From the NCBI GenBank assembly GCA_963793305.1, contig CAWBZV010000012.1:128001-192000 (forward strand): a stretch of 64,000 nucleotides of DNA, written 5' to 3'. Every line of letters begins with the position of its first letter. Positions within the stretch are counted from its first letter, which is position 1. Below, one piece after another: positions 20,018-30,787 of the stretch. Position numbers and translations under genes: made by a program. The notes beneath the pieces were generated by a model. That model was not told the DNA's origin and did not search any database. It worked only from the letters and a program-made list of their open reading frames with translations. The stretch is from an uncultured Gemmatimonadales bacterium. Its GTDB lineage: Bacteria; Gemmatimonadota; Gemmatimonadetes; Gemmatimonadales; Gemmatimonadaceae.

Positions 20018-20613
20018 CCGACATGACCGACTCCGAGCTGCGCGATATCTACACGCGCTCCCTCACCTCGCGCGCGCCATCGCGCGCTACATGCCCATCG
20101 CCCGAAGCGATCGAAGCGCTCGTCGCCGGGACCGGCAGCGAAGCATCGCGGCTGACGACGCTCGACCACGTGATGTCGTGCGCGGCCTGCACTCAGGAGT
20201 TCGAGCTCCTGCGCGCGATTCACGCGGCCGAGCGCGTCAATGCGGGCGTCGCTCGGCCTCGCCGCTCGATAGCGCCTTGGCTCGCCGCGGCGGTCGTCGT
20301 GATCGCGGCCGGTGCACTGACGCTCACGCAGCTCCAGCGTTCGGGCTCGAACCCCACGCGCGGCGCATCGTCGGCCGACATCGCACTCGTCGGGGCGGTC
20401 AGTGGGTCGCTTGTCTGGCACGCGATTCCCGACGCGGTACGGTATAACGTCGAGATCGTCGACGCGTCGGGCGCGACCATCTTTCATGCTCGCGTTGCCG
20501 ACACCACGACGGCGATACCAGGGACGTTGCCGAATGCTCCGGTCAGCTGGTGGGTCCGAGCGACACTGCGTGACGGCAGCGAGCGTCGCTCGGCGATTAT
20601 CCCACTCCGCTAA
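20014..20613 (+). CDS. Zinc-binding (ZAS/zf-HC2) single-pass membrane anti-sigma factor
   Basis: CPSPE...HVMSCAAC, TM WLAAAVVVIAAGALTL, beta-rich extracytoplasmic domain. ATGA overlap with the sigma gene. Confidence 0.8.
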   Translation: MTDMTDSELRDIYTRSLTSRAPSRATCPSPEAIEALVAGTGSEASRLTTLDHVMSCAACTQEFELLRAIHAAERVNAGVARPRRSIAPWLAAAVVVIAAGALTLTQLQRSGSNPTRGASSADIALVGAVSGSLVWHAIPDAVRYNVEIVDASGATIFHARVADTTTAIPGTLPNAPVSWWVRATLRDGSERRSAIIPLR

Positions 20614-21194
20614 AAGAGGCCGACGGCGAGTCCGAACGTTACGGGGACGACGTTGATCTGCTTCGCGCTCTTAATGAAGCCACCGTCCTTCGTGTAGACG
20701 TTCTGGACGCGGCCTTCCGCGAACGCGCTCACTCGGCCGACGACGATGGCCAGCCCCGCGCCCGCATCAATACCAAAATTAATCTTCGAGGCGGTCGACG
20801 CGGTCGAGGTGTCAGTTACCCCACGAATATCGAACGCACCAACGCCCGCGGTGAGATAGGGACGGACCGGCCCGTGAAGCAGATTGATCTGCAAGCCGCC
20901 GACGCCACTCAGGATCTCGCGGGTGCCAGGCGTCGTGGTCAGCGCGGACTGATTGTTGTAGTCGAACTTTTGATATCCGAAGTTGAACCGCAGCGCGAGA
21001 AATCCGGGCAGCTGGACGAGCGCGTAGGCTTGTCCGTTGATTCCGGTCTTGACGGTGTTGCCGCCATTGCCGGTGGGGATCGTTGCTCCGCCACCGACGC
21101 CGAGACTCAGGATGTAGTTGTTCTGGAGCTGTTGTTGTGCGGCGCCACGAGTGGCACAGAGGATCGTGGCGCCAACGAGCAGTAGCCGGCGCAT
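20610..21194 (-). CDS. Small outer-membrane beta-barrel protein
   Basis: Signal peptide, alternating beta strands, VRPYLTAGVG, terminal Phe, strong AAGGAG SD. Confidence 0.75.
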   Translation of the reverse strand: MRRLLLVGATILCATRGAAQQQLQNNYILSLGVGGGATIPTGNGGNTVKTGINGQAYALVQLPGFLALRFNFGYQKFDYNNQSALTTTPGTREILSGVGGLQINLLHGPVRPYLTAGVGAFDIRGVTDTSTASTASKINFGIDAGAGLAIVVGRVSAFAEGRVQNVYTKDGGFIKSAKQINVVPVTFGLAVGLF

Positions 21195-21243
21195 GAGAGG
21201 TCTCCTTGGTTGTCTTGGAAACGTCTCATGCGCGTTACGATTC

Positions 21244-22777
21244 TCACCGCTGCTGCAGCATCTTCACCGCGGCGTACGCGTTCACGATGCCGCCGGTTCG
21301 CGACAACGACCCGAACGCCACCTTCTCGCCGTTGGCGGCGCCCGGTCGCACGACCTGCTGGCTCGTGTAGCGCGTGGCGGATTCGAGGATGATGCGCTTG
21401 AGATCCGCCGCGGTGAGGTCGGGATAGTAGGATAGCAAGAACGCCGCGAGCCCCGTCACCACCGGGGAGGCCATGCTCGTGCCGCTGTCTTTCTCGTACT
21501 TATCGCCGGGCACCGTCGAAAGAATGTCGACGCCAGGCGCGAAGACGTCGACTTGGTCGCGCCCATAGTTGCTGAATGAGGCCGCGAGCGTGTCGCCGCC
21601 TTGCCATGACGAGGCGCCGACCTCGATCCAGTTTCGCGCGTGCCCGCTATCGGCATACGCGGGCGTCGGGAAGTTCGGGTACGAGGTCAAGTCCTTCCCG
21701 TCGTTCCCCGCGGCGTGCACCATGAGGACGTTGTGCGCGTCGGCGTATCGCACCGCCTCGTCGACCGCGAACTTCTCGGGCGAGTACCCTTTGCCGAAGC
21801 TCATGTTGATCACGCGCGCGCCGTGATCGACCGCGAACCGGATCGCGTTCGCGATATCCTTGTCGCGCTCGTCGCCGTCCGGTACCGCGCGGACCATCAT
21901 GATGCGCACGGCCGATGAGTCGATGCTATGGACGATACCCGAGACGTGGGAACCGTGCTTCGCATCGGGACCCATGACGTTCGAGTTCCCGTAGTTCGAC
22001 TGGTGCACATCGGCATAGTTGTCGCCGACGATCGAGCGGGGGTCGTAGTCGGTATTGAGCTCGTAGTCGAGCCGCGCCTGGATCTCGCTCAGCGCATCGG
22101 CGATGACCTCTGGCGTCGCGCCCCGTTGCATCAGCACGAGATAGAGCTGCTTCGAGCGGGCGGTCGCGCTGTCGGTCGGGTCGAGCGCTTTGACGCTCTC
22201 TTGGGTGAGCGGGGCGGAGCCGAGTGCGCTGTGGAGCACGGCGGTCGCCCGCTCGAGCGCCTGCGGAGACGTCGCGAATCCGCTCGACCTGCTGCGCGGC
22301 GTCCGCCCGGCGCTTGGTGAGGTCTGCGTCCATTGACGCGCACTGCGCCGCGTACTGCGCGGGTATCGTGTGCTTGCGGCATCGGACGACGAGTCGTGTC
22401 TGCTCGTACGTGTCCCAGTGGACATCGCGGCCGTCCGGGCCACCTTGATAATCCCAACCGAACCGGAGGTTGTCGCCCATCCAGAGAATGGGCCGGAGGT
22501 CCTTGTGCGCGGTATCGACGCCGCCGTCGATGACCGCCACGAGCACAGTCTTTGGTGTCTTCCCCACCAGCAATTCGCGGCGCGCCTTGCCGACGCTGAT
22601 TCCCGGCACATGATCGGCCGACTCATCCATCAGCTGCCAGCCGTCGGGCGCCGAGGTGAGACCCGATGCGGGTGCGACACTCGGCGCCGGCGTGGCGGAC
22701 GGAGCGGGCGTGACGGGAGCGGCAGACGGCCGACAGGCCGCCGCGATCAGAATGACCAGCAGAAATCGACGGGGCAT
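21244..22777 (-). CDS. S8 (subtilisin-like) serine peptidase, lipoprotein (1-bp insertion near 22265)
   Basis: VAVIDGGVD (Asp) in the first ORF; HGSHVSG, AAGND and SGTSMASP in the second. Lipobox IAAAC. Confidence 0.88.
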
Positions 22778-22802
22778 AGTGCCCCAAATATACCCCAGGG
22801 CT

Positions 22803-24323
22803 TTAGGGGCAGCTCAACACGATGTGCCCTCCTCGCCCGTCGATCTCGGTTTCCTCGATCGGCAGCACGGTCGTGTGGAAGTCCGTCGGCGCGGTGCCCG
22901 TGCTCGTTTTCACGCTGGCGACGCCCGCCGCATCCGGACCCGAGGTCGCTTGCCACGTCGTGTCGGCGACTGCCGCCATGCCGTACATGCGAATCGAGAT
23001 CATCCGGTCGCCGCTGGCTTCGATCGCGGTCGAGATGCGCTGCTCTTTGAGGAGCGCGTTTCTCACGTCGAGGTAATCCGCCGGCACGGTCAGCGGCGTC
23101 GCGTATCCGCCGGCCTGTTGATGGACCATGTTGATGAGATTCATGGCGTTGCCGTACGCGCCCAGGCCGAGCTGAATCTGTGCGTCGATCAACGTCAGCT
23201 CCTCGTTGCGCACGATCGGTATGGGCGTCGAGACCGACGGGTAATAGTTATAGATATACGGCGAGGCGACCGGCGCGAACGTCGCCTGTTGGACCGCATT
23301 CGGATTGACGGCGAACTTGGCCTTCCAGCGCAAGTCGTTGGCGGTATCCACATCGGCGACCAAATCCCACAGGACGGCAGATGTGCCGATGATGCCGTTG
23401 ACGAAATTGGTCAGGTCGCCGGACTGCGCGCTGAAAACGTGGTAGACGCCGTAGGCGTCGTTCGTCGAAAATCCGCCAGGGGTCGGCGACGTGATGGCCG
23501 AAGGGTTGAACAGCGCCGATGCTTTGAGCGCACTGTCTGCCCGGGTGAGCGCCGCGACATCCGGTGTGCCCGCCGTGTTCGGCGTCGGCCCGGCACCATT
23601 CTGACGCGCGATCGCGTACGCCAGCTGCAGTCCCGCCTTTCCGGCCAACGCGCGGTTGAACGCGGCGAACGCACCGCCCGTGGTGCTCGGACCCGCGCTC
23701 AAGCCCACCGCACCGAATCCGCTGGGCAGTGCAATGGGAAGCGAGATGGCGCCCGCGGTATTCAAATCCCCGTTCGCCGAATCCAACAACGCGACGATGT
23801 ACTGCCAGACATCCCGGTTGCAGTAGATCGCCTGCGGTGACGACGCACCGGCCGAGTACAGTGAGACGCCCACGGTGTCGTGCGTCTCGGCGATCATCAT
23901 GAACTGCAGGGCTTTGATCGTCCGCACGACGCCGCGGATCGCCGACGCCTGCGCGCTGGGGTACGCGGGTGCGACATTCGGGATCGACGCGAGGATTTCG
24001 TTGGCGAGCTTGATGTTGCCGTACTCCTGATCCCACTCCCACTGCGACCAGAAGAAGTCGTTGAACGCGATCGGTGTCAGTCCGAGACCTTCGGTGATCC
24101 ACCGCGGCTCGGTGTTGGTGAAGTTCCCCGCATCGCGCCCGAACGCGCTCGAGGCGAAGATATAGTTCCCGACATCGATCCGGGCGGCGAAGAAGAGCCC
24201 GGTCACGACGTTCTGTATGCCCGTCGGCGTGTTGGCGACCGAAGTCGGGCCCGAGAGGTCGGGCACGTTCGTGTCTTTGCACGCGGCCAGCACGGCGAGC
24301 AGGAGAAGGAAGCGGCTCCTCAT
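22803..24323 (-). CDS. RagB/SusD family outer-membrane lipoprotein
   Basis: Lipobox LAAC, PIVRNEELTLIDAQ, EQRIS...GDRMISIRMYG. Downstream of SusC. Confidence 0.85.
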   Translation of the reverse strand: MRSRFLLLLAVLAACKDTNVPDLSGPTSVANTPTGIQNVVTGLFFAARIDVGNYIFASSAFGRDAGNFTNTEPRWITEGLGLTPIAFNDFFWSQWEWDQEYGNIKLANEILASIPNVAPAYPSAQASAIRGVVRTIKALQFMMIAETHDTVGVSLYSAGASSPQAIYCNRDVWQYIVALLDSANGDLNTAGAISLPIALPSGFGAVGLSAGPSTTGGAFAAFNRALAGKAGLQLAYAIARQNGAGPTPNTAGTPDVAALTRADSALKASALFNPSAITSPTPGGFSTNDAYGVYHVFSAQSGDLTNFVNGIIGTSAVLWDLVADVDTANDLRWKAKFAVNPNAVQQATFAPVASPYIYNYYPSVSTPIPIVRNEELTLIDAQIQLGLGAYGNAMNLINMVHQQAGGYATPLTVPADYLDVRNALLKEQRISTAIEASGDRMISIRMYGMAAVADTTWQATSGPDAAGVASVKTSTGTAPTDFHTTVLPIEETEIDGRGGHIVLSCP

Positions 24324-24325
24324 GG

Positions 24326-27300
24326 TTAGAATCCCAGATCGAGGGAGATGAAATAGCTGCGCGCCGGCGGGTACGGGGTGACATCTTGGCCGCGCTGCAC
24401 TTGTTGGTTGCCGACGAAGTTCACCTCGGGATCGAGCCCGGTGTACTTGGTCCACATGAGCAGGTTGCGACCGGTGAGCGAAATCGTGGCGTTGCGCAAC
24501 CAGCCGCGCGACAGCCCGACGAGCTGCGACGGCAGCTGATAGCTCAACGTGAGCTCGCGCAGCTTGAGGTAGCCGGCCGGTTCGGCGTATGGGGTGAGAC
24601 CGTTGTTGGCCGCGATCGTGCGGCGCGCGCTCAAGGCCGTGTCGGCCAAGGTGCCGGGGCTTATGTCGAAGAGGTTATCGGTAAAGTTGCCCGCCAGTCC
24701 GCCATAGCTCCATTCGAGCACGCCCGAGGCGTGAAGCGGGCCCCAGGAGAATTGGTTCGAGAAGTTCATCACGAAGTTCGGCTGTGCATCGCCGACCTGG
24801 ATCGGCTGACCATCCGGGCCGTTGGAGTTGCCGACGATCTGCGTGACCGAGCGTCCGACCTGAACCCGGTACGTCCCGAGCGATCCCCCACCGCCGTTGT
24901 TCAGGATGAAGGCCGGCACCGGCAGCGAGTTCACCACGCTGTAGTTCCGGTAGAAGCTGGTCGTCGTGATCCATTGGAAGCCGTTCTTGAACTGGATCGG
25001 CGTCGCGGTGAGCAGGAGCTCGATGCCCTGGTTGGTGAACTCGCCGCCGTTGATCCATTGCTCGTTGCCCCCGAGTGACGGCGAGATCGCATCCTGCAAC
25101 AGCAGGTCGGTCAACCGCTTCTGGTAGATCGTGGCGCTGAATTGGGCGCGCGAATTCAAGAACGTCGCATCGAACCCGAGCTCTTCTTCGACCTCCCGCT
25201 CCGGCCGCACCACGGAATCGCCGAGGACGAGATTCTCGTACGCACCAATGGCTCCACTCGAGACGCCGATATTGAACGGCGTGTACTTCACGAGATAGTT
25301 CGGCTGCGTGCCGGACTGACCGTACGCCGCGCGGACCTTGAGCTCGTTCAAAAATCCGACGAACTGCGGAATGCGATAGGAGCCGGAGAACCGCGTGTAC
25401 GGGTAGAACTTGCCGATGTCTCCGTCGTTGGTGGTCCGCTCGGCCGTCACGCCAGCGGTCAACGCCAGGCGCTCGCCGAGTGTCAGAACCTGTTCCTGGA
25501 CGTACAGCGATTGGTCCTTCGCTTCGGTCGCGTTGTCTTGCAGCGTCTGCACGGCGCCGAGTTGCGGGTTGTTCGCGCCGGCGAGCAACGCTTGCCCGGC
25601 GGTCAACGGGTTGTCCAGGCTGCGGATCTCGCGTACGAATCCGAACGAGGTCGTGGCGTCCAGGAATGACAGCCCGGTGTAGTGGTGGATCAGGTTGAGC
25701 GAGTAGTTGTAGTACGTCGTCCGACCGAATTGATCCTGGGCGACGCCCGGGAGTCCCGAGGGAATCCTTTGCTCGACCTGCAGATCCGGCGGCGCGTAGA
25801 ACTTGTCGCTCTGCGTGGTCAGGTCCGCGCCACCCTGGAACTCGAGCCGCACGCTTTGGCTCGACGACCGATAGGGCGTCCAGTCGACGTTGCCGCCGCC
25901 GATGAACCGGTTCACCTCTTCTGGCGTCTGAATCTCCCAGGCGTCCGCGAACGGATTCGCCGGACCGTACGGATTCGTGGGCCACGCCAGGTTGCTCTGG
26001 CGGTCGAGCAACACGAACTGCGGTGTGTAGGAGAATACGTCGTATGGACTGATGCCGATATTATCGTTGCCGGTCACCCCGCGCCGGGTCGTCGAGTTCG
26101 CGTACGTCAGGTTCGCCGTCACCGACAGGTTGTCGGACACGTGCTGCGTGACGTTCGAGCGAACGGTCTGCTTGTTGTATCCGGTGTTGAGCTGAATGCC
26201 GTTGTCGTATTTCGTCAGTCCGGACAGGAAGTACTGCGTCTTCCCTGACGTGCCGCTGACGCTCAGATCCGTCTCGTAGGACGCTTGCGGGTTGCCGAAC
26301 AGCTGATCCTGATAGTCCTGCGGTCCGGCGTAGTACTTCCGGACCGTATCCGTCGACTGACCGTACGTGTTGGCCCAATTGAGCGCCGACTGGAGGGTCG
26401 GGAATTGGGTGAGATCGTACGTATTCGCGAGCTCGAAGTGACCGAGCCTCTGGGAGAAATTCCACTGCGGTTTACCCGGCGCGCCTTTCTTCGTCGTGAT
26501 CACCACGACGCCGGATGAGGCCTTCGAGCCATAGATCGCCGAGGCGCTCGCGCCTTTGAGGATCTCGATGCTCTCGATGTCGTCGGGATTGAGATCGGCG
26601 ATCCGGTTCGGGCTGTTGTCCTGGCTGTTGCTGCCGACGCCGCCATTCGCCTGGCTGATCGTGTTGAGTCCGCTGTTCAGCGTCTCGTTGTTCACCATGA
26701 CGCCGTCGACGACGTAGAGTGGATTCGAGTTCGCGTAGATCGACGTGACGCCGCGCACCTGGATCTGCATCCCGCCGCCCGGCGCGCCGCCGTTGTTCTG
26801 TTGGATGACCGCGCCCGGGACCTTGCCCTGGATGGCATTCTCGACCGTCGGCGCTGGAACCCTCGACACCTCATCGGCCGAGATGACCGTGACGGCGTTG
26901 GCCGAGTTCGCCGACGAGATGGTCGTCGCCACGCCCGTGACCACCTCGGCCTCGAGCTTGAGGACGTCCTTCGTCATCGTGATCGTGATATCGGTCTGAT
27001 CGCTCGCCAGCGAGTCGACGGCCTGGCGATAGCCGATGCGGCGCACGGTGACGCTCTTGGCGTTGTCCGGCAGTCGGAGCGCGAATGCGCCGCTGTCGTT
27101 GGTGAGCGTGCCGACATTCGTGCCGGTGACGAGCACCTGGGCATTGACGACCGGCTCTCGGGAGTCGGCGTCGAGCACCCGGCCCGTCAGGCGACGCGGC
27201 GGTGGCGGTTGCGGCGGACGGCGAATCAGTGCGATCTGGTCGCCGGGCAAGACCTCGACATCGACTTGGGTCTCGTGCAGCACCTCGGTGAGCGCGGCGA

Positions 27301-27580
27301 CGACGGAGATGCCGTCGGCTTCCAACGAGACCCGGGACTCGCTCGGGAGCTCGTTCGGGCTGTAGGCGATGTGCAGGCCGGCTTGGCTGGCGATCGCGTC
27401 GAGGACTTCCGGGATCGCGACATCCTGCAGATGGATGCTGACCCGTCGTCGCATCATGGCGACGTTGCGCGCGTCGACGCGTCGGCCGTCGGCGCGCATG
27501 AAGAAGAGCAAGGCCGATTGTTGGGCGTGGGCCAGGGACGGCAAGAACGACAGGGACAGAACGAACGACAGTCGACGCAT
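24326..27580 (-). CDS. SusC/RagA TonB-dependent transducer with N-terminal STN-like signalling domain
   Basis: N-terminal extension VSIHLQDVAIPEVLDAIASQAG; DLNPDDIESIEILKGASASAIYGSKASSGVVVITTKKG; YTGLDPEV; terminal Phe. Confidence 0.92.
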   Translation of the reverse strand: MRRLSFVLSLSFLPSLAHAQQSALLFFMRADGRRVDARNVAMMRRRVSIHLQDVAIPEVLDAIASQAGLHIAYSPNELPSESRVSLEADGISVVAALTEVLHETQVDVEVLPGDQIALIRRPPQPPPPRRLTGRVLDADSREPVVNAQVLVTGTNVGTLTNDSGAFALRLPDNAKSVTVRRIGYRQAVDSLASDQTDITITMTKDVLKLEAEVVTGVATTISSANSANAVTVISADEVSRVPAPTVENAIQGKVPGAVIQQNNGGAPGGGMQIQVRGVTSIYANSNPLYVVDGVMVNNETLNSGLNTISQANGGVGSNSQDNSPNRIADLNPDDIESIEILKGASASAIYGSKASSGVVVITTKKGAPGKPQWNFSQRLGHFELANTYDLTQFPTLQSALNWANTYGQSTDTVRKYYAGPQDYQDQLFGNPQASYETDLSVSGTSGKTQYFLSGLTKYDNGIQLNTGYNKQTVRSNVTQHVSDNLSVTANLTYANSTTRRGVTGNDNIGISPYDVFSYTPQFVLLDRQSNLAWPTNPYGPANPFADAWEIQTPEEVNRFIGGGNVDWTPYRSSSQSVRLEFQGGADLTTQSDKFYAPPDLQVEQRIPSGLPGVAQDQFGRTTYYNYSLNLIHHYTGLSFLDATTSFGFVREIRSLDNPLTAGQALLAGANNPQLGAVQTLQDNATEAKDQSLYVQEQVLTLGERLALTAGVTAERTTNDGDIGKFYPYTRFSGSYRIPQFVGFLNELKVRAAYGQSGTQPNYLVKYTPFNIGVSSGAIGAYENLVLGDSVVRPEREVEEELGFDATFLNSRAQFSATIYQKRLTDLLLQDAISPSLGGNEQWINGGEFTNQGIELLLTATPIQFKNGFQWITTTSFYRNYSVVNSLPVPAFILNNGGGGSLGTYRVQVGRSVTQIVGNSNGPDGQPIQVGDAQPNFVMNFSNQFSWGPLHASGVLEWSYGGLAGNFTDNLFDISPGTLADTALSARRTIAANNGLTPYAEPAGYLKLRELTLSYQLPSQLVGLSRGWLRNATISLTGRNLLMWTKYTGLDPEVNFVGNQQVQRGQDVTPYPPARSYFISLDLGF

Positions 27581-28596
27581 TAGTGCTCCTTGGAACGTCG
27601 GACGAGGATCACCGTGCGCCCGCTCCAGCGAACGCGGGCGCCCAACGTGGCCGCGACGATGTGCAGGACCTCATCGACCGGCTCGTCGCGGAACGAGGCC
27701 GTGAGGGGGACCGCGGCGAGCGTGGAGTCGCCGAGTCGGAGGTCTACGTCGTACCAGCGCGCGAGTGCGCGGACGGCTTCGCGCGCCGGCGTGTTGTGCA
27801 GCTCGAGCCGACCGGTGGTCCACGCGCCAATGTTTTCGACTCCGCGATCAACGGCGGCCTCGCCCAATGGCGTCACCGTGGCCGCGTCGCCTCCGGCCAG
27901 CGCGATCGGCTGCGCGTTCGCTGCGCTGACGGCGACTTGTCCTTCGTCGACCGCAACGCGGACCGAGCTGTCTTCGGGATACGCGCGAACGTCGAACCGC
28001 GTGCCGAGATCCGTCGCGATGGCACGCCCGGCACGTACGACGAACGGCGCGCGCGCATCGTGGACCACGGTGAAGAACGCCTCACCATTGAGCGTCGCCG
28101 ATCGGCCATCCACCGTCAGCCGGCTCGCCGGGGCCAGCACGACTTGCGTGCCGTCATCGAGCCTGAGAGTCGCACGCTGGCCTCGCGCCGTCAGAAATAC
28201 ACGTGGCGCTTCGCGCCTACGCGACCGTGTGCCTGTTGCCAGGCCGAGACCGATCGCGATCACCAGTCCCGCGGCAATCGCGGCTAGTGGCCAACGCTCA
28301 GACCAACGACCCGGCCAACGATCAGCGGATCGCAACCGGACCGCCGGCGCTGATCGTCGGCGTCCCCAGCCAAGTCGCTGTTGAGCCCGGGCGAGGCTCG
28401 CGGCGGCATCGAAGTGCGGCTGCGCGAAGTGCGGCGCACTGAGTTGACGCGTCGCCACCGCGATGCGCGCGATCTGATCGAACAGCCGCCGGCGGTCGGG
28501 ATCGGAGCCGATCCATTGCTCGACGGCCGCGCGATCGGCGTCTGACCCCTTGCCGACCGCGACGCGCTCCAACAGGACCCAATCCGGCTCGCTCAC
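27580..28596 (-). CDS. FecR family anti-sigma/sensor
   Basis: TM helix, TARGQRATLRLDDGTQVVL, GEAFFTV, DLGTRFDV, ARWYDVD. Confidence 0.9.
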   Translation of the reverse strand: MSEPDWVLLERVAVGKGSDADRAAVEQWIGSDPDRRRLFDQIARIAVATRQLSAPHFAQPHFDAAASLARAQQRLGWGRRRSAPAVRLRSADRWPGRWSERWPLAAIAAGLVIAIGLGLATGTRSRRREAPRVFLTARGQRATLRLDDGTQVVLAPASRLTVDGRSATLNGEAFFTVVHDARAPFVVRAGRAIATDLGTRFDVRAYPEDSSVRVAVDEGQVAVSAANAQPIALAGGDAATVTPLGEAAVDRGVENIGAWTTGRLELHNTPAREAVRALARWYDVDLRLGDSTLAAVPLTASFRDEPVDEVLHIVAATLGARVRWSGRTVILVRRSKEH

Positions 28597-28627
28597 GCCT
28601 CAACAACAACCAGCGGCGCCGAACCCC

Positions 28628-29221
28628 CTACATGTCAAATGCGATCAGCGCGGATCTCAATGCCTTGAGCCCGCGCGTCAGCAATGCCTCGACGCCTTTT
28701 TGCGTGATGCTCATGGCCTCGGCGATCTCGGGACACGTCAGGCCATACTTCCACCGCAGGACACAGGCATGGCGACACCGTGGCGCCAAGTCGGCGAGCG
28801 CTCGGGCCAGCGCGGAGTTGAAGTCGGCGGCTTCGGCGTGGTGCTCGGGCGTCGGGCCTAAGTCTTCCGCCGGAGACAACTCGGCGGCTCGCGCTTCGAC
28901 GCGTTGCCGTTTGAGATGGTTGAGCGCGCGATTTCTGGCCGCGCCAAACAGATAGCGCCGGACGCCGCCGTTCGTCGGACGCCACGTGGCGCGGCGCTCC
29001 CAGATCCGACATAACAGATCCTGGACAATATCCTCACCCTGCGCTGCGTTGCCGACGATCGTCGCGACGAATGCGCAGAGGGGGGCATAGAACGCGAGGT
29101 ACAGCGCGTCGAACGCCCGACTGTCACCCTGACGGATTCGCGTGACCCATTCATCCGTCGCGGGCTCCGCGAATTCCGTAGCGACCGGCGGAGGCGGTCG
29201 GTCGAGCAACCCCGGGTACAT
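28628..29221 (-). CDS. ECF sigma-70 factor, FecI-like
   Basis: GDSRAFDALY, EDIVQDL, ARNRALNHLKR, EIAEAMSITQKGVE. Upstream of fecR. Confidence 0.87.
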   Translation of the reverse strand: MYPGLLDRPPPPVATEFAEPATDEWVTRIRQGDSRAFDALYLAFYAPLCAFVATIVGNAAQGEDIVQDLLCRIWERRATWRPTNGGVRRYLFGAARNRALNHLKRQRVEARAAELSPAEDLGPTPEHHAEAADFNSALARALADLAPRCRHACVLRWKYGLTCPEIAEAMSITQKGVEALLTRGLKALRSALIAFDM

Positions 29222-29256
29222 CACGACCGACATGATTGTCGGGGTCGTGTGTTTTA

Positions 29257-30787
29257 TCAAGCAGGCAGTTTCGATCGCGGCAGTGCTAATGTGAACACCG
29301 ACCCGGTGCCGACTTCGCTCACCGCCGTGAGCTCGCCGCCCATGGTTCGCGCGAGCTCGCGGCTGATCGCCAAGCCGAGCCCCGTGCCTTGGCCGACGGT
29401 CGTTCGATCGCTGCCGAGCTGAACGAAGGGCTCGAAGACCGCTTCGAGTCGCTCCAGTGGAATCCCGGCTCCCGTATCGGAGACCGTGATCGAGACCGTC
29501 TGCGCCTCGATGTGCCAGCCGAGCGTGACACGACCACCGCGCGCCGTAAACTTGGTGGCGTTGCTCAGAAGGTTGAGCAAGATCTGCTGCACCTTGTCCC
29601 GATCGGCGTGCACGGCGGCGGGCTCGCCGCCGAGTGCGGGCAGCTCGAGCGTCAGGGTCTTGCCGAGCATCTGCGGGAGCACGAGCGCGCGGAACGTCAT
29701 CCAACACGCCTTGGACGTCGAAGTCCGTGATCGCCAGCGGCACGCGACCCGCCTGGACTTTGGCGAAGTCCAACACGGCGTTGATCAGGCCGAGGAGCAG
29801 CTCTTGCGCGCGCTTGATCCGACGGAGCGCCTCGGATTGTCTCGGCTCGAGCGGACCATAGATGCCGTCGGCGATGAGTTGCGTGAAGCCGCCGATCGCG
29901 TTGAGCGGTGTCCGCAGCTCGTGGCTCATCGTCGCCAGAAACTCGCTCTTCGCGCGGTTGGCCGACTCGGCCTGGGCCCGCGCGCGCTCGGCGTCCGCCC
30001 GCGCCCATTCGAGCGCCGCTTCGGCGGCTTTCCGATCGGTGATATCGCGCAACACGACAACCGAGCCGAGTGGTGCGACCGGTGTCGTCGCGCCCTCGGC
30101 CCGGTCCGCACGAATGCGGGCGAGGCGAACGTCCACGGACACGCGTCGCGCTCCCGGTCCGCGCAGCACCATGTCCGCTTGCGACACGACGGAGTGTCCG
30201 CCCAGGACCTGTTTGAGTCGCTCTTCGAGCGGCAAGCCGTCGCTATCGGGAATGACGTCGGCCACGTCACCGAGCAGATGACCCACCGCGCTCGCCGACG
30301 TCCAGCCGGTGAGCTCTTCCGCCGCGCGATTCAAGAACGTGATCGAACCCCGTGCATCCGTCGTGATCACCGCGTCGCTGATACTCCGCAGCGCCGTCGA
30401 CGCCCATGTCTGGCTCGCCTTGAGCGCGCGCTCCGCGTGATGCAGTCGCACGGCGGTGCCAATGGTCGCATCGAGACGCTCGTCGCTGGGTCCCGTGAGC
30501 ATGACGACGGGGACATCGACTCCGAGCCGGCGCAGCTCCCGGAGCATCTCCAGACCACCCTGCCCCGAGAGCTCCTGGTCGAGCAACACGCAGTCGAACG
30601 CGCGCGAGCGGAGCATCGCGACGGCTCCGTCTGTGCCGGGCATTTGCTCCACGTGGCCCGTGAGCGTCATGTCGCTGAGCGCTCGCTGGCTGATGAGGAG
30701 AATCGAGAGCGCGCGCTCGCCTGGTGTGGACTGCGTCTCGCCAACCCACACATGTCCGCGCCCAGTCGTCGTCACGTCACGAGCCAT
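29257..30787 (-). CDS. Hybrid sensor kinase: degenerate receiver-PAS-HisKA-HATPase (1-bp insertion near 29694)
   Basis: MSHELRTPLNAI H-box; NLLSNATKFT, DTGAGI, FEPF and GTGLGL boxes lie in a second frame. Confidence 0.87.

Noticed and set aside
16656..20613. Type III-E CRISPR (Craspase) locus suggested by TPR-CHAT plus sigma
   Set aside because: No repeat-spacer array, Cas7-11 or other cas gene in the window, and the CHAT appears to be exported.
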